Origin: Planctomycetota bacterium
Lineage (GTDB): Bacteria > Planctomycetota > UBA1135 > UBA2386
Length of the DNA stretch: 64,000 bases
Direction of reading: 5' to 3'
NCBI GenBank assembly: GCA_965223545.1
Contig: OZ245006.1
Location: forward strand, 2,368,001 to 2,432,000
Positions 58,570 through 64,000 of this stretch are shown here, one piece after another. The position numbers and the translations under genes are program-made. The stretch's first letter is position 1. Every line of letters begins with the position of its first letter. The notes beneath the pieces are model-generated. The model searched no databases. It saw only the letters and a program-made list of their open reading frames with translations, and was not told the origin of the DNA.

Positions 58570-59862
58570 ATGGACCGACCGTTGCCGCTCTCGTCCACTC
58601 TCGGTCCAGCCAAGCGCCGCCTCCGGCGGCGCGCGTTCTCTGCCGCCACCGCGTGCGTCGTCATCGCGGTGATCTGGCTTTGGGCCACCCGGGGTCCGGT
58701 ACCCAGCGAGGGCCGCAACTTCTTCGGCGCCTGGCGCACGCTGCCTCTGCTGGTCGCGCTGGCACTGCTCTGGCTCGCGATCGCCCTCGCTCTCACGAGT
58801 CGCCGGCGCGCCCTCTTCTCCTGGCTGCTCGGCACAGGGCTGTGCGTCGCGACGCTGAGCCTGCTCGAGGTGTCCGCCTTCGCCGGGGTGGCGGACTGGG
58901 CGAGGATCATGCGAAACCGCGCCGACGCACCCCTCGGCGCCGCCGCGACGCCCCACGTGGAGATCGCGGGGGAGACGTTGCCCGACATCGCCGCCGCATG
59001 GAACCTGCCGGCCCAACCGACTCCGTTCAGTTTCCGCACCGACCGACGCGGTTTCCGCAACCACGCCGACCGCGACGAGGCGGACGTGTACTTGCTCGGC
59101 GACTCCGTCCTAGTCGCCGGGATGCTGCCCTTCGAAGAGACCATCGCGGCACGACTCGAGGCGGAGCTCCGACGCCCGGTGCTCAACATCGCCCTGATCG
59201 GCATCGGCGCAGCCCGCCAGCACGAGCTCCTCGTGCAGAGCGGATTGCCACTGCGCAACCGCACCGTCCTCCAGTTCGTCACCGAAGCCAACGACCTCGA
59301 GGACTCGCGGCGCGAGCGCGCCGTGGCCCCGGAGCCGGCGCCGGGGTTGGCTGCGCAAAGCTTCACCAACAACGCGGTGCTGTGGCTCCAACGCTTGCTC
59401 CAGCCGGTGCCGTACGAGGCGCACTGGCGCCGCGGCACGATCGACGGCACCGAGTATCTGTTCCACTGGATTGAACGCGACACGCCCGCGCTGCGTGGCG
59501 AGGTCGAGCCAGTGTTGGCGCAACTGGGGGACACGCGCGCGCACGTCGTCGCCGCCGGTGGGCGCTACGCGGTCGTGCTGATGCCCTCCAAGTATCGCGT
59601 GCTCCACGCGCTGTGTCGCTGGCCGGAAGAGTCACCGCTGCGCCAACCATCGCCACACCTCAGTCCACTGGCCGACGCGATCCGCAGCTGGGCTTCGGAG
59701 GGCGGCTGTCCGCTGATCGATCTCACCGAGCCGATGCAGCAGTCCGCGCGCGCGGGAGCGATCCCGTACTTCGCCGCAGACACCCATCCCAACGCCATCG
59801 GCCACGCCCTTGCCGCCAACGCCGTCTTGCGTTGGTGGCGCTCCGCGACGTCATCCAAATAA
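58570..59862 (+). CDS. Membrane-anchored SGNH hydrolase/acetyltransferase (AlgX/AlgJ-like)
   Basis: N-terminal TMs; TDRRGFRN, LGDS, NDL.D, DTHPN..GH. Confidence 0.78.
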   Translation: MDRPLPLSSTLGPAKRRLRRRAFSAATACVVIAVIWLWATRGPVPSEGRNFFGAWRTLPLLVALALLWLAIALALTSRRRALFSWLLGTGLCVATLSLLEVSAFAGVADWARIMRNRADAPLGAAATPHVEIAGETLPDIAAAWNLPAQPTPFSFRTDRRGFRNHADRDEADVYLLGDSVLVAGMLPFEETIAARLEAELRRPVLNIALIGIGAARQHELLVQSGLPLRNRTVLQFVTEANDLEDSRRERAVAPEPAPGLAAQSFTNNAVLWLQRLLQPVPYEAHWRRGTIDGTEYLFHWIERDTPALRGEVEPVLAQLGDTRAHVVAAGGRYAVVLMPSKYRVLHALCRWPEESPLRQPSPHLSPLADAIRSWASEGGCPLIDLTEPMQQSARAGAIPYFAADTHPNAIGHALAANAVLRWWRSATSSK

Positions 59863-59986
59863 GGGCGTGTAGGCCCGGTGCCAAGGGCGCATCAGGAGTC
59901 GAGTGTACAGATCGCGTGTCCAAGAACGAGACGCCGCGGGCAGCGACGACTCAACGTGCGCCGACAAATACCCGAAGCGCAGAGAC

Positions 59987-60457
59987 ATGAACATCCATCC
60001 GCCGCCCGAAGCCGCCGTCGCCGGCGGCGAATGTACACGGCGCTGCGAGGGCTTCTCGCTGATCGAGATCATGATCGGTTCGATCCTCGTAGTGACGTTC
60101 TTGGGCTCGGTCATGTCGCTGGTCGCCCAGCAAGGCGTTCATCGACGCACCAACCTACAGACGACCTTGGCCACCAACGCAGCACTGTCGAGACTCGAGG
60201 AGGTCCGCGGTATGGACATCTCCGACGTGCCCAAGCTCGACGGCACCGACTTCGATGTGCTCGGCGTGGGTGGTGAGACGGGCGGACTGCAGCCAATCGC
60301 CGGTGATCCGGACGGCCTACCGGGAGAGTTCACCGTGACCATCGATCAGACGTCGGCCGGCGTCACGCTCTACAGAGTGACCGCGACGGTGACGTGGCGC
60401 GACGGCAACCGCGAGCGCTCGCTCTGGCTCGAGTCGCTGGTTGGAGAGCGGAAATGA
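59987..60457 (+). CDS. Prepilin-type (PilV/GspI-like) protein
   Basis: G/FSLIEIMIGSILVV class III signal; C-terminal VTATVTW. Confidence 0.82.
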   Translation: MNIHPPPEAAVAGGECTRRCEGFSLIEIMIGSILVVTFLGSVMSLVAQQGVHRRTNLQTTLATNAALSRLEEVRGMDISDVPKLDGTDFDVLGVGGETGGLQPIAGDPDGLPGEFTVTIDQTSAGVTLYRVTATVTWRDGNRERSLWLESLVGERK

Positions 60458-61113
60458 ACGCACCACGGAAGAAAGCCGCTCACGGCTTCACGCTCATCGA
60501 GCTGCTGATCGCGGTCAGCGTGCTGGCGATCATGATGTCGGCGATCGGCAACGTGACCAGCGCGACCAACGACGCGGTCGAGATCCACAACCGCAGCGCG
60601 GAGGTCGCGACGATGGCTCGCCGCAATCTGCAGCGTGTGTCGTGGTTTACGCGGCCGGCCAAGCTGTCGACGATCAAGGTCCAGGCGACCGCCATCGACG
60701 TGAAGTACGGGTACGCAACGAACGTCGGTGAGTGGATCGATCCACCGCCGATCGGAGCGACGCCCGAGGACTACCGGCCCGGGATCCAGTTCCTCGCCGC
60801 CAGCTCGGTCGGCGGCAAGATGGTGATGAACGCGGCGCTGTCGACGGCGACGCGCGAGCTGATCTTCACCACCGACCCGGGCGAGATCGCAGGCAACAAC
60901 ATCGACGACGACGGCGACGACTTGGTCGACGAGGGCTACGTCTCGCTCGAGCACGAGGGCGTGACGATCACCGTGGTGCGCAACGTCATGGAGTGCGAGT
61001 TCAAGCTCGACGGTCGCCTGCTGACGGTGCAGTTCGAGCTCGCCAACCGCGACTCCAAAGGGCGCATCCACACCTCGAAGATCGAGCAGCACATCTACTT
61101 GCGCAACAACTGA
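60454..61113 (+). CDS. Prepilin-type (PilW/GspJ-like) protein
   Basis: G/FTLIELLIAVSVLAI; ends IYLRNN; ATGA overlap with the upstream gene. Confidence 0.85.
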   Translation: MNAPRKKAAHGFTLIELLIAVSVLAIMMSAIGNVTSATNDAVEIHNRSAEVATMARRNLQRVSWFTRPAKLSTIKVQATAIDVKYGYATNVGEWIDPPPIGATPEDYRPGIQFLAASSVGGKMVMNAALSTATRELIFTTDPGEIAGNNIDDDGDDLVDEGYVSLEHEGVTITVVRNVMECEFKLDGRLLTVQFELANRDSKGRIHTSKIEQHIYLRNN

Positions 61114-61152
61114 ATCGACACCCAAAGGACGGACAACCGGGATGAGACGCCG

Positions 61153-62229
61153 ATGAACGCGAGACGAGACGAAGGAGTCGTGCTACTGGCTTTGGTCACC
61201 ACCATGGTGCCCTTGCTTTTGATCGTCGGCGCGTTCACCGCGGCGATGTCGACCCGCACGGCCGAGCACCAGGGCGTACTCGATTCCGAGCGGGCTCTGC
61301 TGGCGGCCGAGTCCGGCATCGACGAATCACTGTTCCGCGCCCAGGTCGGCAAGCTCGAAGACGGCAAGCAGTTCCAGCGCAACCTCGGCGGCGGCATGGA
61401 GTTCGTGGTTTCGCCGACGTATCTCGGCAGCGACGGCAGCGACAACGACGGCGACGGCAACACCGACGAGAGCGACGAGGACGTCTTCCAGGTCGAGGTT
61501 GTCGGCACCTACAAGAATGCCGAGCGCCGCTTGGCAGCGTATCTCGGCCCGGTGCCACTGTTGCCGACGCTGTCGTTGGCCGGCGCCATGTCGTTCTACA
61601 ACCCGGGTGTCACGATCAGCATGGGCGGCACGGCACAGGTGTCGGGCATCGACACCAACATCGACGGATCGCTGACCGGCAGCTCGGAGTACGGCATGAC
61701 CGTCGCCACACCAGGCACCGTCTCCGACCTGACCAAGACGATCTCCAAGAAGGAAGCGTCCAACATCCTCGGCGATGGTGGCTCGCCGAGCGTCAGCACA
61801 CAATCGCCAGAAGATCTGGCGACGATCGTCGCGCAAGTACAGAACTCGGCGAACGTCGTGCTCACGTCGGACAAGTACTCGAGCTACTTCTTCGGCGACG
61901 GCAGCAAGGGTGATGCCAACATCATCTACCGCAACGGCGACGTCACGTTCTCGGGCAACAGCCAGGGCTCGGGCATCATGGTGGTCACCGGCAACCTGAC
62001 GATGACCGGCACGTTCCGTTTCGACGGCGTGATCATCGTGCTCGGCAACATCGAGAACTCGGCGGGCACCGCGCAGATCTACGGTGGCTTGATCCAGGGC
62101 TCCAGCGGCTCGAGCTTCACCCTCAAGGGCACGGCGGACATCCGCTACTCGAGCGAAGGCCTCAACTTGGCCAACGTCACCAGCGGCACATACGTGACGT
62201 TCAACGGCTGGCAGGAGCTCGGTCGGTGA
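61153..62229 (+). CDS. PilX/GspK-like minor pilin
   Basis: EG/VVLLALV without Glu5; ALLAAESGI; C-terminal Gly-rich beta-helix-like region ending WQEL. Confidence 0.75.
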   Translation: MNARRDEGVVLLALVTTMVPLLLIVGAFTAAMSTRTAEHQGVLDSERALLAAESGIDESLFRAQVGKLEDGKQFQRNLGGGMEFVVSPTYLGSDGSDNDGDGNTDESDEDVFQVEVVGTYKNAERRLAAYLGPVPLLPTLSLAGAMSFYNPGVTISMGGTAQVSGIDTNIDGSLTGSSEYGMTVATPGTVSDLTKTISKKEASNILGDGGSPSVSTQSPEDLATIVAQVQNSANVVLTSDKYSSYFFGDGSKGDANIIYRNGDVTFSGNSQGSGIMVVTGNLTMTGTFRFDGVIIVLGNIENSAGTAQIYGGLIQGSSGSSFTLKGTADIRYSSEGLNLANVTSGTYVTFNGWQELGR

Positions 62230-63593
62230 GCCGCCGCCGGGCGCGCGAAACCCCGCCGCGCGCGCGGAAGGGAAAGGCCGAGGCGGCCCCGCGCCCCCGG
62301 ACTGCAGATGCCGAGTCGCCTTCACCGACCGACATCACCTGGAAGCTCGCTCGCAAACCCGCGACGAAAGCAGCCGAACAGGCCAAAGGCAGCAAGCGGG
62401 CCGCCGTGAAGCTTCCTCCAGAGCCGCCCTCGGCTGCGCCGGCGTGGCGCGCGGCGGCCATCGCACTCATCGCGGTCGGAGTCGGACTCGTCATCGTCGG
62501 ACTGACCGGCGAATCCCAGCCCGAACCACCCCCGCGGGCCGCACCGACCCCGACCGACAACGGCACAGCCCAGCTGCACGCCAGGCTCGACGACCTCGCC
62601 GCCGCGTGGCAGCCGCACGTTCGCGCTCGGATCCTGGCCGCCGCGCCCGACCATGCCGACACCCTGGGGCCGCCCTTGATCGCGATGCTCGAGCACGGGC
62701 AGCTCCCGCCCAAACGCCAGTGCGCGATCGAGTATGCCGGTGCGATGCGTCACGCAGACCTGCGCCCACCACTGGCCGCACTGACCGCGGACTTGGAACA
62801 TCCTCTGCGAGGGCGCGCCGCGCTGGCCGCCAACGAGATCGAAGCATGGCCCACCGAGCAGCTGGTTCTCTGGTTGGATGGCGACGACGAGCAACTGCTG
62901 GTCGCGGCTCTCCAGTTGAGCGATGGCCGCGATGATGCTCCGTACGACCGTGCCGCGCAGCTGATCGGCCACGAGTCCACCGAAGTCCGCGACGCCGCAC
63001 TCACCCTCTTGGTGCAGGCAGAATCCGAGTCGGCCCAACGCTCGCTCTGGCAAATGATCACCGAAGGATCTGAAGCAAGCGTCGCGGCACTCCAAGCAAT
63101 CGCCGAAGGCGGCCACGTCGATACTTTCGAGGACTCCCTGCTCGAGTATCTTCCGCGCCTGCACATGGACGCGCAGCGCGCGGCCCTCGCCTGCCTGACC
63201 GTCAAGCGGAGCCCCCTGGCCGACCCAACGCCGGTCTGGCAGCTCGCGACCGACGTCAACCAGGAGCCCATGGTCCGCGCACACGCGTTCCACTGCCTGG
63301 AGCGCACCAAGAGCGCCGACGCCAACGCCATCCGCGACCAGCTGTTCTTCTTGGATCCACTGCTCCTGCACTTCGCCGCCCGCTGCCTCGTGGCCCAGGC
63401 CGACCCCAAAGGGACCGACGTGCTCGCCGACCTGGCGGACAACGAGAACTCGGACGTCCGCACCGCGAGTCGCCAGCTCCTCGCCTGGCTCACCGGTCTC
63501 GGCGCCGCCGCGAGCAGCGAGGATCTGCGCCGCGCAGGCGCCGACACCCGCGTCGGCAACCGCCCTCTGCCCGAGCCCAAGCTCCTGCAGTAG
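62226..63593 (+). CDS. Membrane-anchored HEAT-repeat protein
   Basis: Basic N-terminus, single TM, HEAT-like units (EVRDAAL, VRAHAF..L, DVRTASRQLL..LTG). Confidence 0.65.
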   Translation: MSRRRARETPPRARKGKAEAAPRPRTADAESPSPTDITWKLARKPATKAAEQAKGSKRAAVKLPPEPPSAAPAWRAAAIALIAVGVGLVIVGLTGESQPEPPPRAAPTPTDNGTAQLHARLDDLAAAWQPHVRARILAAAPDHADTLGPPLIAMLEHGQLPPKRQCAIEYAGAMRHADLRPPLAALTADLEHPLRGRAALAANEIEAWPTEQLVLWLDGDDEQLLVAALQLSDGRDDAPYDRAAQLIGHESTEVRDAALTLLVQAESESAQRSLWQMITEGSEASVAALQAIAEGGHVDTFEDSLLEYLPRLHMDAQRAALACLTVKRSPLADPTPVWQLATDVNQEPMVRAHAFHCLERTKSADANAIRDQLFFLDPLLLHFAARCLVAQADPKGTDVLADLADNENSDVRTASRQLLAWLTGLGAAASSEDLRRAGADTRVGNRPLPEPKLLQ

Positions 63594-63604
63594 CAACCCG
63601 CGGC

Positions 63605-64000
63605 CTACGCCGGCCGCTCGCGAAAGTCCAGCCGTCCCCGCGACCGCCGCCACCCGCCCTTCAGCAGCCAAGTCCGCGCCCGCACCGTCGGCCGCACCAC
63701 CGGCTCCGACAGCTCCACCACCTCGCGCCACCCGTCGAACCAAGGCCCCGACGAGTAGACGTCGATCAGCTGCCGCGGCCGCTGCCGGTGGTGCCAAGCA
63801 TTCTGCAGCACATACACCAACGCCCGCCGCACCTCCGTCGGCGAGCGCAACACGCGCTCGTGAAACCGCTCGGCAAACACGCGCCCCGAGCGCCCCCAGA
63901 GCTTGTTCAACCCCCGCGCCATCCGCACCAACAGCCCGGTCATCCCCCGCGTCAACGCCTCCCGATCCTTCGCCTCGACCAGAAGGTGCAGATGGTCACG
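63605..64000 (-). mobile_element. Partial HUH Y1 transposase (RAYT/IS200-like), 5' end outside the window
   Basis: From the window edge it reads RDHLHLLVEA (HUH)...GRVFAERFH..VL...YVLQNAWHH (catalytic Tyr region). Confidence 0.82.

Overview
Very GC-rich bacterial DNA, densely coding, with about 45 CDS and one tRNA-Ala(CGC). No rRNA, CRISPR array or integrase was seen. The gene content points to a Planctomycetota-like genome (inference): ECF sigma factors with long membrane-anchored extensions, a QW-repeat prenyltransferase-fold protein, prepilin-motif genes and many secreted multidomain proteins. Housekeeping or metabolic genes: birA-type ligase, rsmJ, ndh, NhaP antiporter, fucI, pepE, EamA, ZIP, an MMPL/LolA-like/beta-barrel operon, a CusCBA-type efflux operon, a minor-pilin cluster and a partial HUH (RAYT-like) transposase. 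Four leads stand out. (1) A 15.6-26.6 kb locus carries two CotH-kinase/beta-helix paralogues, a membrane-anchored metallophosphoesterase, a GT-C glycosyltransferase, DUF4956 and a VTC-domain protein; it may be an envelope polyphosphate/phosphorylation system. (2) Four otherwise unrelated secreted proteins share a C-terminal module that may be a sorting or anchoring domain. (3) A Cys-rich leader ORF with an RAPP-like tail and a long hairpin precedes the Cus operon, a candidate metal-sensing translational switch. (4) An IF2-N-like/membrane/pentapeptide-repeat fusion follows the VTC gene. All calls come from motif recognition by eye; no database searches were run and many start codons are best guesses.
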